DNA of 64,000 bases from Octopus bimaculoides (GCF_001194135.2 NC_068994.1:38250910-38314909); one strand, 5' to 3'. Positions 40,030 to 54,409 are shown, counted from the stretch's first letter. Numbers and translations: made by a program. Notes: a model not told the origin generated them from the sequence alone.

Positions 40030-41330
40030 GAAGGATACATGGATTTAAACAAAGATTTTGAAATGTTTCCTCCGGAAGGAAGATTATCTCAAGAGTACAT
40101 TATCAAACAGGTATTGCAGAGAAGAAGAATGAAACAGAACAACTCCAATGAGTTTGAACAAAGCAGTGAAACTAAGAGCAGAATGTTACCAAGGCTTGAT
40201 AGACCAAGTGCAAAGCAACACTGCAATTAGTCATATTCATAGCTATCTTGTGCTTCTCATCTTACATCAGGTTCCTATTTTCAGGGATTGTGTTTGCAGC
40301 ATTGGTGTCAACAGCAAACAGATTAAAATGATTTGAGAGATTGGTTTCATACTATGATATTGAGATAAGAGTATGAACCTGTTGATAGCACATTCTGTGG
40401 TCTTTTGTTGAATGATTAACCATTGGCATTAAGATCTTAATGTTTCTAGGCAAGTTTTATCATTTTCTGTTTTAACCATTTTTGTAGAAATACATTGCCT
40501 TCATTTCAAAAGAATTTTGTAAAACAACTTTATTATTATTAAGCTGGTATTTACTGCATAAATAAACTTGAAATTTTGGCCTAAGGTTTTAATATATAGT
40601 ACTTTAAAATAGGAAGTTTATATCAGAGAGCAAGGATCCATCTCACGTGGACCGGTGTGAAAAGGCATTAAAGAATATCTATATCATTAATGCAGATATG
40701 AAAAGAGCATTTATATCAGATATACAGACATTCTGCTTTTAGAAAAGAGTGACAAGAGTGAAACTTAGCATGAATGTGTTAAATAGAATTCAAAGGAGCA
40801 TAGTTGGGTTCATTTTCTGATTCGAGTCGGTGAAGGAAAAAAACCAACTGGACTCTGGTGGTAAGACTGAGCTTCCAAATTGTTTAGGAGAAATAATGCA
40901 TAAAATAGTTGTCAGTACATTGGATCTTGCAAGCCTCACAGACTAAGAAATACTATACCATGTCAATGCAGTTGTTGATGCTGTAAATGAGAAAATTACT
41001 TACACATTTGATGGGAAAAGAGTAAATTATAAGAACATTGATTCTAGTGATGATAAAGACAGTCTATACATTTATCCCATGGAGTCCTTAAATAGCTATG
41101 ACTATGGTGGAATACCTCCATCCCACCACTTATTTTGACATAGGGAAAGTTATGTGTTGTAATGTAATTACAAAGCTGAAATAAGGTTAATAGATTTTGC
41201 AATGGAACAAGAATTTGAATAACCCATTTGCATGAATGACCGAAGACATTCTAACTATATTCTGCCATTTACCCTAAGGCAATTATGGCTTCCTCTCTGA
41301 GTGGGTTTTGCAATGACAATCAATAAATCT
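40030..41330 (+). pseudogene. Helitron RepHel remnant (Rep N-terminal piece plus PIF1 helicase pieces), heavily deleted
   Basis: Rep segment GRLSQEYII...KLRAECYQGLIDQV (40078-40230). Helicase segments are HFLIRVGEG, EILYHVNAVVDAVNEKI...NIDSSDD...YPMESLNSYDYGGIPP (from 40947) and PFTLRQLWLPL*VGFAMTINKS (ends 41330). Confidence 0.85.
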
Positions 41331-43770
41331 CTGTTACTCACTGAGTGAAAAAAAAGTCTGTTCTTTCTAAATTATCCATTTGTGAAGAGACAATTGTATG
41401 CAGTTTTCTCAAAAACTGCACAGATAAATGCAGGCAGGACGCCAATGTCAAAAGCTCAGCGGATACTGAAGTTTTCCAGGGTCAAAAAAAATTCTTCTCT
41501 TTACCATATATATCAATTTGCATATACATCCATATTTTAGCAAATGTTTATTCACTATCAATTTTATCTTTTTTTTTTTGTTTTTTGTTTTCTTTGTAAT
41601 CATCATTTATTGTAAACAACAAACAATGCCAACAAATAATGTTATAATGTACCAGAAGAGGCTCACTCATTTATACACACAAGAACACATATACAACATG
41701 CCCGTCATGTAAATGTGTGTGTGTGTGCGTTTGTGCATATATGTATGTATATACTTTTAGAGGCACATGGCTTAGTGGTTAGGGTGTTGCACTCATGATT
41801 GTAAAATTGTGATTCTGGATTCCTATTCCTGGGTGTGTTGTGTTCTTGAGCAAGACTGTTCATTTCACATTGTCTCAGTCCACTCAGCAAGCAAAAATAA
41901 ATAATCCTGTCACAAACTGGCTTCCTGTGTTGTGGGACAATATATACACTACAGAATCTGGGAAACTGGTCTTATGAGCCTATGGCTCTGGAAGGATCTT
42001 TGATCCTTTATGTATGTCTACAAATACAGAGCAACAGGCTCACATACACTCATGCATATATAGGTAAAGGGTAAAGACCCCCTTCAGTCATGAATGACCA
42101 TAGGATTGCACCTAGAAAGTGACTCTCCAAGGAACAAGTCCAGGCAAGATTGTTTATGGAAGACCAACAGTTACCTATGCATACCAGCTTCTCCTCTCCA
42201 TGCCACCAATGTTATCCAAAGGAAAGGCAAAGGCCAATACAGCTTGGCACCAGTGACATTACAGCTCATTTCTACTTGCATGTGTGTGTGCATGAGACTA
42301 TCTGACATATGTGCATGTTGTAGGGGGATGTATACAGGTCCTCCTGGATGGAGGAGTCATGTGAAATAGTGGTGACAGGAGGTGGGGGTTGGGAGGTGTG
42401 GGTGTGTGACTATATATGTGTGTGCTACTGTATATGAGGAGGGAGGAAGTAGGAGTGAGGGTGCTGGTGTGTGAATGTATAGGTGTACGTATATGCTGTA
42501 GGGTCATAGTGGTGTGGTGTGAGTAATAAGTATAACGGTGTAGAGAAGGTGGGGAGTAGAAGCAGATGGGCAGAGCAATGTGTGGTGTGTGTAAATGTGT
42601 GTACAGATGATGATAATGATATATATATATACATACATACATACATACATACATACATACAAATAAATAAATAAATACATACATACATATATACACATAC
42701 ATACATAAATATACACATACACACACGCACATACACCTGCTCACACACGTGACTGTGTATGAATATACCAGTTTAGCAATATTCAGGAAATGCAGACACT
42801 TCAAAAAGGTTTTTGAAGTATCTACATTTTCAAAATGTCTCTGATCTGGTATTTAGAAAGAGGTCTTAGTTTCAAAGAATTTTGAGAATTCTCCTATTTT
42901 CTGCTGTACAAAGATCACATTGTTTGCTTCGCTTTTTGTCATGTTAGACCTTTTGATAATTTATATATAAAGCTGCAGTCTGAAGCTTCCCCTTTAACCA
43001 CATAATGTGGTCAACTGATTCTGTTTTATCTGGGGTTTTTTTTATATATATATATCCACTGGAAGATGTTTGATAATTAAATCTTTGCATAAATTTTCTT
43101 TCACTCGTGTTTTGTCTCAATTTTCAACTAAAGATTTGTTCTTTTACTCAACATCACTACATGAGATCGCTCAGTGGAATAACTCAGATCTACTAAGTGT
43201 GATATAGCATAGCAAATGTGGAAGCATTTATACATTATTTTTCAAAATATATTTCCATAATACTTCTAAATACACGAGGTCATAGAGTATGAAGAGGTGT
43301 GTGTGTATGTGTGTGTGCATGCATGCATGAAGTTTTACTTAAGTAGCAGAAGAAGATTTTGTATATAGTAGACCCAAAGGTTTCACAAGTAACTATATCA
43401 TTCAAGAACCATTCTAGCATTTTATTAATACAGAATGACATTAAATTCACTTTTAATCTAAATTTATTTCATGAGGCATCATAATTTCTGTGACAACTGC
43501 ATTCAGGTCACTGACGCAGTTCGACCACAAAAACTTCTACTTCTTGGAAAATCAAATTTCTATAGGCACAGGCATTTTATAGGTGCTGACATAAGCACCC
43601 CTGCCATATCTGTGTGATTAAGAAGCTCACTTCTCAATCATATGGTTTCGAGTTCTGTCCTGTTATGCAGCACCTTGGGCAAGTGTCTTCTACTACAGCT
43701 CAAACACTCAAAACTAGATTTGGGAGATAGAAACTGAAAGTAGGCATCACATATATACATACTTAGGTAT

Positions 43771-44180
43771 TACTTAAGAAGAGTGGACCCAACGTGCACA
43801 TCTGCACTAGTCAGTGGATGTTTGCACCTGCTCTAGTCATGTGCAAGTCTGTAGCATCTGTGATAAAAAAACACCCTCCACATGTATAAATATGTGTGAA
43901 CTGTAAATCGGGGGCATTTTGTGTACTGCGATCATACACTTGAATTTGCGTTTTGCCTTTTTCCAGTAACATTCGAGTTTCTATGGAGGGAAAATATGGG
44001 AAAACTGGGGATGAATGTTTTCAGAACATTCTAAAACATCTTTCAGAATGGTTCATTTTTGAATAACATTTTATTTCATTATTTTCACTTATTTTTATGT
44101 TTATTTTTAGGTAACATTTTATTTCAAATTCAAAATTTGTTTTATTTTCATTCATTCAGTCAGTTGTTTGTTTGTTTTAT

Positions 44181-44226
<46 letters not shown>

Positions 44227-44452
44227 GATAGATAGGTAGATAAATTGATAGATAGATAGATAGGTAGATAGATAGAAAAAATTAACTCCACCCACCCGAT
44301 TTACAGTTTAAATACATTTATACAAGTGGAGAGTTTTTTATCGCAGGTGCCACTGACTTGTGCCTGTGGATGTGTTTGTCTACTGACTGGCATGGGCGTG
44401 TGCATCCACTGACTAGTGCAGGTGTGTGCACTGGGTCCACTCTTCTTAAGTA
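43771..44452. mobile_element. non-autonomous TIR element with ~150-bp imperfect arms and a (GATA)n-containing spacer
   Basis: TACTTAAGAAGAGTGGACCC... pairs with ...GGGTCCACTCTTCTTAAGTA, and arm similarity extends to CTGTAAATCGGG (about 43915 / 44290). TTAA at 43774-43777 and 44446-44449. Confidence 0.8.
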
Positions 44453-45059
44453 GTATCCGTACTTACGTGTGTGTGTGTGTGTGTGTGTGCATGCTTATGT
44501 CACACTGTCTTGAGATCATGTGCTGATTGTAAATGAATGTCACCATCATACAAGATGTTGAGTAAAAGAACAAATCTTTAGTTGAAAATTGAGACAAAAC
44601 ACGAGTGAAAGAAAATTTATGCAAAGATTTAATTATCAAACATCTTCCAGTGGATATATATATATAAAAAAAACCCCATTCATTTGCATTCTTTCATGGA
44701 ATCATATCTACCATTGTATTGTTTGTGCTCAAAGGACAAATATTACCTGAACAGTAAACAAGTGAGGATTGGTGATAGGAAAGGCACTGAGTTATAGAAA
44801 ATTTGTCTTAAAAAATTTTATCTGACTCATGCAAGCATGGAAAAGTGAATCTTAAAGCAATGATGATGATGATGATGCTGATGATATATTCAATGAATAC
44901 TTCAGCAGTGACTTCAGTGTTTTTTCAACGAAGCCAGTTACAGGTGAAGCTTTGAAGTCATTTTTCGGCTTTTCCATATAAAAAAAATTATATATTTATA
45001 CTCTACTTACTTTTATCAAAATGCTCTTTCAGGTAATATTTGAGTGTTTTTAGATATAA

Positions 45060-45330
45060 AATCCTCATTGCTCTCTGTCTCTCTCTCTCCCTCTCTCTCT
45101 TTCTCTCTCACACACACATACATGCATACATACATACATACATATATACATACATACGTGCATACATACATACGTGCATACATACATACGTGCATGCATG
45201 CATACATACATACATACGTACATACATACATAGATACATACATATGTACGTACATACATACATATGTACGTACATACGTACTTACATATATACGTACATA
45301 CATACATACATACATACATACATACATGTT
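45060..45330. repeat. (CT)n followed by a (TACA/TACG)n compound microsatellite
   Basis: Directly visible. Confidence 0.95.
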
Positions 45331-45726
45331 CATTTTTAGCCCCAAGTCAGCTCTGATTATTCATATTTATCATCAAAGGCTTCCCAGCTGTGACCAACTC
45401 ATTTTAAGGTTATATCTCAGACAACTTTCTCCAAAATTTCTTTTACTAATTTATGATAGTGTGCTGTGATTTAAGAGAGATGTCATTAGTATTTCTAACA
45501 GTGCAAGTAACAGTGTAGAAGTACTTTTGTTCATCTGACATTTAGACATTTAAACATTATATTTGATTTAGACATTAGACTTAAATTAAGGAAGAAAACG
45601 TTACTGCCAGATACAGATTGTACAGCAGTGAGACAGAAAAATAACCACTCATTAAATTATCTATCTTATGAAAATGGTAAAAGAAAAATCTGTTGCTGGC
45701 ATGGCTGGGTGGTAAGAAGCTGGCAT

Positions 45727-45953
45727 AAGGCGGTGAGCTGGCAGAAACGTTAGCACGCCGGGCAAAATGCTTAGCGGTATTTCGTCTGCCGTTACGTTCT
45801 GAGTTCAAATTCCGCCGAGGTCGACTTTGCCTTTCCTTCTTTCGGGGTCGATAAATTAAGTACCAGTTATGCACTGGAGTCGATGTAATCGACTTAATCC
45901 CTTTGTTTGTCCCCTCTATGTTCAGCCTCTTGTGGGCAATAAAGAAATAAGAA
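45727..45953 (+). mobile_element. young family B SINE inserted into the head of a family A SINE
   Basis: CpG-rich intact copy. The 14-bp TSD is TAAGAAGCTGGCAT at 45713-45726 and 45948-45961. The host head continues TCCAGTTCTGGGTTCAGTTCC. Confidence 0.88.
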
Positions 45954-46606
45954 GCTGGCATTCCAGTTCTGGGTTCAGTTCCATTGCATGGCACCTTTAG
46001 TAAGTGTGGTTAGTGTTTACAATATTACCCAGAAACGANNNNNNNNNNNNNNNNNNNNNNNNNNNNNNNNNNNNNNNNNNNNNNNNNNNNNNNNNNNNNN
46101 NNNNNNNNNNNNNNNNNNNNNNNNNNNNNNNNNNNNNNNNNNNNNNNNNNNNNNNNNNNNNNNNNNNNNNNNNNNNNNNNNNNNNNNNNNNNNNNNNNNN
46201 NNNNNNNNNNNNNNNNNNNNNNNNNNNNNNNNNNNNNNNNNNNNNNNNNNNNNNNNNNNNNNNNNNNNNNNNNNNNNNNNNNNNNNNNNNNNNNNNNNNN
46301 NNNNNNNNNNNNNNNNNNNNNNNNNNNNNNNNNNNNNNNNNNNNNNNNNNNNNNNNNNNNNNNNNNNNNNNNNNNNNNNNNNNNNNNNNNNNNNNNNNNN
46401 NNNNNNNNNNNNNNNNNNNNNNNNNNNNNNNNNNNNNNNNNNNNNNNNNNNNNNNNNNNNNNNNNNNNNNNNNNNNNNNNNNNNNNNNNNNNNNNNNNNN
46501 NNNNNNNNNNNNNNNNNNNNNNNNNNNNNNNNNNNNNNNNNNNNNNNNNNNNNNNNNNNNNNNNNNNNNNNNNNNNNNNNNNNNNNNNNNNNNNNNNNNN
46601 NNNNNN

Positions 46607-46827
46607 TATATATATATATGTATGTATGTGTTTGTCCCCCCAACATCGCTTGACAACCGGTGCTGTTGTGTTTATGTCCCCGTAACTTAGCGGTTCGGCA
46701 AAAGAGACCGATAGAATAAGTACTAGGCTTACAAAGAATAAGTCCTGGGGTCGATTTGCTCGACTAAAGGCGGTGCTCCAGCATGGCCACAGTCAAATGA
46801 CTGAAACAAGTAAAAGAGTAAAAGAGT
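46607..46827 (+). mobile_element. young family A SINE 3' half
   Basis: CpGs retained; ends GAAACAAGTAAAAGAGTAAAAGAG. Confidence 0.85.
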
Positions 46828-47073
46828 ATATATACCTTTCAAACGGCATGCATTACAGATGCCTAATGTGCCGCAAACCCCTTCTTTTTGTTCAGAAAAT
46901 GTTGGGGGAGGAATTATTGGAAAATATTTTTCTTTTTTACAATGAATAAATTACGGTGACCTAATATGCCACAATCTGCAATCTGGGGTTAATATAACCA
47001 GTGATTTTTAAGAGGTGTGTAAAAGATATTTTGTTTTAATATACTTGTTTCACACATATACACAAACACTAAC

Positions 47074-47240
47074 GTAGTTTTTGTAAGGATTTGTATCATT
47101 CTTTCTCTCTGTCCAGACTTCATTACCACTAACTTTCATAGTTTCAGCCTTTTCACTTATTATTCTTTGCAAACTTGCTTGAATTTTCAGCCTAACATAA
47201 TCCACACGTATTTCCAATGTAATGTAATCCAACCATATTA
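47074..47240 (-). CDS. candidate internal coding exon of an unidentified host gene
   Basis: Acceptor ACATTTTGCAG and donor TAC|GTTAGT bound 167 bp (2 + 55 codons), open as IWLDYITLEIRVDYVRLKIQASLQRIISEKAETMKVSGNEVWTERKNDTNPYKNY. No homology recognised. Confidence 0.3.
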
Positions 47241-50200
47241 CTGCAAAATGTTATCTTAAAATATGAGTAAAGAAAAGGGGCTAATGCCGTTTCACATCTC
47301 ACCTTCAAAAACGCATTTTTGGGGTTCAACACCCCTTTATTTCCCAAACAAAAATAAAGGGTTCACAAAAAGAATGTACTGGAGTTTGATTCATTCAATT
47401 AAAATTCTTCAAAGCAGTGCCCTAGCATAGCTACAGTCTAATGACTGAAACAAGCAAAAGATAAAAGATATATATAATATAGAAGCAGTACTGAATTATA
47501 ATAGCCAGCTACATATTATACTTAATGTAAATACATCATTAAAAGGCAAATTTATTGTGGTATTCATCTGGCTATTTGCAATACCAGTAAATGTTTATTC
47601 ACTGATTTTGTATATATATCAAAGGCAACAAATCTTGTCTAAGCATGTGACTGGCTGTAAGGGCATGCCACTGACTAGGCTCAACAGGGCAGAAATGCAT
47701 CGCTGCTCCTGGGTTGATTTTTATTTCCTTCCAAAATATATTATGTTTTTAACCCATGGCTTGTCCATACAAGATGTCATCTCATCCCTGGACAAATACT
47801 GCACTAAATTTGGCTTTTGATGATATGTTTACATTAACTAGATAAAATGATGGCTAAAAACAATACATTTCTTTGAAAGATAATAAATATTATGCTTATT
47901 GCATAAAATTTGTGTGTGATTCAGCAAATGCTTGATTTGCTTGCCTGTTTGCCTTCTTTTTATTATTTTTTTTTTTTTGCACCTTTTAGTCAAAGAAATA
48001 AGCAGTACCCATGATCCTTCACAGGGCCTCTAAGATTGGTGGGAAGAAGGGAGGAAGATATCTTCTCACCTAAATCTCAACTCAAAAATGTTTGCAACAG
48101 AGTGGACTACACTAAAAGCAACAAAGGTTCCAGGGTTCCAGATATCAGTATTAAAATGGATGATGAATTAAGTCTTATGTACAAGTAATCCATAATGGGA
48201 TTTCAACTCAGACCACAAGGGGCCAGAACAAATACCATAAGGCATCTGGTTCCATGATTTTACATTTCCACTAATTCACCTCATTTATTAATACTTTTTT
48301 TTTACTGATTTCTTAAGAATGAAAGGCAATGTTGACAAGGTCAAGATTTGAACTTAAAAGGCAATGTTGAGCTATAATAAAGATTGATAATAAGATCTGT
48401 TAAATTCCTCAGTGTTTGTCATTCTGTCTTTTAGGTGACCTTCACTCATGAAAATCAGTTAAGCTTTTAATAAAAGGAATATTAAATGAATGTTATCTTT
48501 ATAAATGAGATCTGTATGTTCAGATGAAAGCCATTCAGTAATTGTTGAAAACAACAACTATAGAGACATAAATTGCAATAAAATGCTGCTACTTGAGCAA
48601 GTTCTATTAAAGCATATTTAATAATTATCATGTTTAAATAATTATCATTAGAAGTAACTGTTTATAAAGTGTTTGTAAAGGCTTCTTTTGATTACATATT
48701 TTTATTATTAATTTTGATATCTTCTAGAGAGGAAATATATATGTTATAGATATTGTTATAACATTTACAGATGCTCGAGGAAATATTGGGAAGGAGGATT
48801 GAATGAAATAACTATGTAATCAAAATTATATATTTGACCCTTTGATCTTTAAATAAAAAGTAAATCTGTAATAATTTATTTAAGGTTCCAATTTTGCCAG
48901 GAAGTTTTGCTAGCTTTATTCAAATTTGAAATCAATATTCAATTATACAATATCAGATTGCCTCACACATTTCACAAATTTTGGTAATAATCTTGAGATT
49001 AGCTTGACATGTTCGCATGTTACACAAAATATCTTATAATATTTAGTTTTTGGTTTTGAGTTCAAATTCAACCAAGGTTAACTTCATATTTCATCTTTTG
49101 CAATTAATAAAATTCTGTCAAGTAAAAAGTTAATATATTTGACAGTCCAAAAGTGGCATACTGGTAGAATCATTAGCATGTTGAGCAAAATGCCTAATGA
49201 AATTTTGTCTGTTTTTTACGTTTCAGGTTCAAATTATGTCAGAGCCAACTTTGCCTTTTATCTCTTTGGGGTAGATAAAATAAGTACCAGTCAAGCACTG
49301 GGGTCAATGTAATCTCTCTCTCTCTCTCCCTTAAAATTGCTGGCCCTGTGCCAAATTTTGAAACCAATATATTTGACTGTTCTTTGCTATACTCCAGTCT
49401 AATGAATAGTTTTGTGTGTTTGTAAGAAATCAATAATTTTCAACTTTAATTTTTGTAGTTTTAGGTAAACCAGTAAGAATTCTGGTCAATAATCTCAGAT
49501 ACTTAGCAACACCTTTACCCAACAAATGCTAGCATTGAAAGATGAACATAAAAACAATACTAATTGTAATGTTTGAATTCTCTTTATCTCAGAGCTAGTA
49601 GTATCAAGTAGTTTAATTAGATATGTTAATTATGTTGGAGGTAGTGGTACCTGGTAAATAGTAATCTAATTAATTAATCTATCTTTGAGATAGCAGTATC
49701 AAGTATACAGTGGTCCAGTAATGGTATGATAAATCTGAAAGATGCAATGGTTGTAGCTGAAATCTCTTAAGTCAGCTAAATCAGAACCCACCTGGGGCTA
49801 TACAACTACAGCAATTTTTTTTATTCTTTTGTCATCAGCTCCCATGTTTTACCTTCAAATCATTTTTCTACACATTTTTACTTAATTGTTTTTGTTGGGT
49901 TTTTTTTCTTTTGCAAGGTATTTTGTGACCCTATGAGTGCAGGTGCCACTTAAGATGTATCTAGTCCAAACTGTAAAGTGGTTGGCACTTGGAAGTGCCA
50001 AAACTAACCTCACCTGTGCTTGTGCCACGTAAAAAGCATGAAGTCCACTCTCCTGAGTGATTGATGTTAGCAAGGGCATTCCAGCTGTAAAAATCCTGCC
50101 AAACAGTCGCAGAAGTCTCATGCAGGCTTCTGCCTGGCTGGGTCCTGTCAAACCATGCCAGCATGGAAGACAGACATTAAATGATGATGATTATGATGAT

Positions 50201-50472
50201 GATGATGCCCTCTGGAATCTCTTCCTAATCAATGTGTTCCTTTCAAAAGCCAACATAGAAAAATTAATTAAACTGAACAACAGGTGCAGGTACGACTGTG
50301 GGATAAGCAGTTTCCTTCCCAATCACAGTTTCTGGTTCCAGGATACTTTGGGCAAGTGTATTTTGCTACAACCACAGGCCAACTAAAGCCTTGTGAGTGA
50401 ATTTGGTAGATGGAAACTGAAAGAAGCCTATCATTATATAAACACATTATATATATAGTTATACATTTGTGT

Positions 50473-50508
<36 letters not shown>

Positions 50509-51526
50509 ATGCATGCATGCATGTCCCACCATTCATTGACAGCTGATTTTGGTGTGTTTATGTCCCCAAGACTTGGCAGTTTGACATAGAGACTGGTAGA
50601 ATAAGTACCAGGCTTTAAAAAAGTTAATCAGTGGTGCCAATTCATTCAAGGCAGTGCCCCAGCGTGGCCACAGTCTAATGACTGAAACAAGTAAAATAAA
50701 TAAAAGAGAATAACTATCCATTCAGCCATGCATCGATCGATCCATCCATCCATTCTCTCTGCCCTCTCTTCCTGAAAAGTATAAATGCAGGTAGAGTCCT
50801 CAGGAAACACCTCCATAGCTGAATATCTATAGTTGAATAACATCTATAGACTTAGTTGGTCATGCTTGTATATCTAACTGGAAAATGTGATGATGGTTGC
50901 TACATAAAAAAAGTAACCATATTAACTTCAAATTAGTCGTCCCTATTTTCAAGTTTATGGGGACTAACTCAGAACTGGTGTGAGCACTATAAATCATATT
51001 TATAGTGAATCATTTTTTTTTAATTTTTTTTTTTTTCTTATAGGAGTCCTTTCAGTTCTTATTTTAGAAACTGATCTAAATCTGGATTGAAGTGAATAAT
51101 TATGAGAGTATCTGTTACACAATATTTACTATTTGTAGGGAAGCAAATGGTGGCATTTAAATATATGCAAATTCTATTACAAATTTACTAGCAACAAAAC
51201 AGTTCACAGCAATTATCTAAAATGTGAAATTGTGACCCTTCTGGATATAGAAATACAACAAAGCTCACATTTAACAAAGTGTATATTTGTATGAGTGTAT
51301 AAACATTTATGTGTGTGTGTATGCATGTGTGTAGCTGTGCATGTGTAATTTATCTATCTATTTATCTGTCTCTCTATCTCTCTATATATATGTTTATGAT
51401 TGTGTGTATACACGCACGTACACAGACGTAAACACACACATATATGTACATCCATGTATGTATGTTTATATGTATATATACAGATATATATACACATATA
51501 AATATTAATATATATATATGTATGTA

Positions 51527-51577
<51 letters not shown>

Positions 51578-51591
51578 ATATAAGTAGGAAA

Positions 51592-51626
<35 letters not shown>

Positions 51627-52809
51627 TGAGATTCAGACGACTCAGACATTCATACTTAGATATTATTTCTATATGCTGTGTGGCTATTGGTTACTAATAA
51701 TCATATGCATGTTTGTACGTGTGTGTGCATGTGTACATGTGTGTGTATGTGAAAGAGCTTGTAATAGTAGCAAATAAGATGTTGTAAGCCAAACCAGAGC
51801 CATGGGGTAGCCAGCTCACAAAAAGGGTTGCTAACAAATTTGTAGTCAACATGCTTACTGTTTTATATTACAAGAAAAGAGAGATGATGACATTATGTCT
51901 AACAACATTAACAGAATCAGTTGGGTTGAATACTGAGACTTTCTCACAGTTTGAGCTTACTTAATGTTGGTAAAAATAAAAATAAAAAAAAATAAAGAGG
52001 ACTCTCTTAAACAACCATTGCCCCTACCATCTCTGCCACCAAAACTACCATCACCACCACCACCACCACCACCATCACCACCACCACCACCACTGCTGCT
52101 GCCCCCCACCCCCGATTGTAAAACTTGATAAATAGATTCATTAGTTACTTTTACAAATGTCTCAGCTGGAAGATGTTTGATATAGTTTAAAACCCTCAAA
52201 AAAGCTTTTCATTTAGAAATTCTTGCTCAGATAATCCAAAGGTCAACATTATGTTTGTAAGGCCAATAAAACTCTAAATCATTAATCCTCAGAGGAACAC
52301 TGTCGCCATTGAGCATTTACAATCACACTCCACCTTGTTCCTTTAGCATTGGGATTACTCTGTCAAACACATTGCTTGCTTATAAGCATTGTTTTGAAGC
52401 AATCATGCATTATCGCATAGCTTTAAGATTTCAATGAAGTGATTGTTTATTTTTAGAATGACATTGTAGGGTAAGTGTAAAAGGCTAGATCTGGCCAGTT
52501 TGAACACAAAATGAGTAGAATATTAGGGCCAGATGTGGTTGATTTAAGTGGTAAAGAGTTAAAGTAAAAACAGCTCCTGAAGTAGATCTATCCAAAAAAT
52601 GTTCAGAGTATAGCCATCTTAGTGGTGTTCAGAGTATAGCCATCTTCAGGGAATTGCAGATAGTTTACCATGGCCTATTTGGAATTCCCTCTCTACTCAG
52701 GTCTCTCTTCAAGCTGTTCACTAACAGATTCAAGAAGAGTATTGCAAGCATCAGCATCAACAATGTAAAAGAGTCTGTAAAGACTATAGGCACTTCTTTC
52801 TCCAGACCC

Positions 52810-52995
52810 AGCAAATAACAAAGAAAGAAAGATGGAAGGAAGGAGGGAAGAAAGGAAAGAAGGAAAGAAGAGGGAATAAAGGAAGGAAAAAAAAAAGGAG
52901 GGAAGAAAAAAGATGGAAGGAAAGGAGAGAAGGAAGGAAGGAAAGAGAAAGAAAGAATGAAGGAAAGGAGAGAAGAAAGAAAGAAACAAACAAAG
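52810..52995. repeat. purine-rich (GAAG/AAAG)n low-complexity tract
   Basis: Directly visible. Confidence 0.9.
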
Positions 52996-54192
52996 AACGA
53001 AAGATCCACCAAACGATATGAAATCTAAACCTTTACAAAGATTGAAAAATGGAAACGTAAATGGCATGCAGGGTGTGAGTCAAAAAGATCTCCCTGCGGC
53101 CTAAATTATTCATACAATATTTCCTATAAAGTCATCTTATGCACTAAACATTCTGAAAAGGAGGAAAATTTATACCATCCAAACTATCCTGTTGAAGTCA
53201 GGGTATATTTCAAAACTAATGCAAAACATAATACTGACCTCAATCCACCAGCTTTTTCAGAGAATTCTACTCACAGAACATATTGAATATCGCATATTTT
53301 TCACCACAATCAGTCAAGCTTTGTTCATGGCTATCCCCTAAAGTATTGCAAAAATAATAAAATCTTAGTCTCTTCAAAACATTCACAAATTCTTCAAAAC
53401 ATTCCGAACAAATCATTGACACAAGGATGCTTTCAATAACTAAGAACCCCTTGCTTCACTGGACAATAGAGTAGACGTCAAATGGTGGTTTTAAGTTTAA
53501 GTTGGGACCATTGTTAACTGAAGTGCTTCTAATTTATTCTTATGAATAGATACATAGATACACACATAAACACACACACAAATATATATGTATATATAAT
53601 AATTAAAAACGTAATGTAAAAATACATTACGGAGCATATATTATAAACAATTAATAATTATTTATGAATATATCAATGGCCAAACATGTTATCATAGAAT
53701 ACATAGAAGAAAAATGTTCTATAATCATGAACAAGTCATAATTATAACAAGTCATAATTATGAATAAGTCATAATTATAACTCAGAGGGTTTCAAAACCT
53801 TTACATGCTTAGAAATAGCAATTAAAACCCTTATAAAGCCATTTAACTCACTCATATCACTTCTCTTCGTGATAAAAGCAGTATACAGGTGACATGACAA
53901 ATAGAATTCACAACTTAAAAATAACTGGTTAATTCCTTATTGCAATTTCAATGTTAGGAACCTATTAAGGGACCCATTCGCCTTGTCAGGGGAATATTCC
54001 TGTAGATAGAAATCAAAACAAGACCTTATCTTGGGGTTAACATGCATCCCAACCGGCAAGAGAAATGTGTCAGCCTCTATCTTCACATTCAAGTTATGAA
54101 TTCAAATGCCATGCACAGCATTTATGAGAAAAGACATGTAAATTCATAATTATAAACATTCTTGTTCTATGTATATATAATATACATGCAGA

Positions 54193-54409
54193 TATGAAAG
54201 AGTGCTGAAAAGTTCCTCTCTTTGGGTAAAAGAAAATACAGGAGGATCAGTTATGATTTTATTCAACATATTTCCCTCTTAGATTCACATGCCTATTGCA
54301 GTGGTTCTTCGGCTTTTCTAAGTCCTGTAAAAGAACTTGGAAGGTTAGGCCTCCAAACATGCCTTTCGTGATACCTTTATAACCAGGAACATTTCAGAAT
54401 CCCATCGTA
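54193..54409. mobile_element. mariner-derived MITE
   Basis: TA-flanked degenerate TIRs TATGAAAGAGTGCTGAAAAGTTCCT and (rc) TACGATGGGATTCTGAAATGTTCCT. Confidence 0.7.

Noticed and set aside
52640-52830. Unique segment with long open frames on both strands and a candidate minus-strand donor at 52666
   Set aside because: The frame is ambiguous and no homology was recognised. The upstream pyrimidine tract is a simple repeat.
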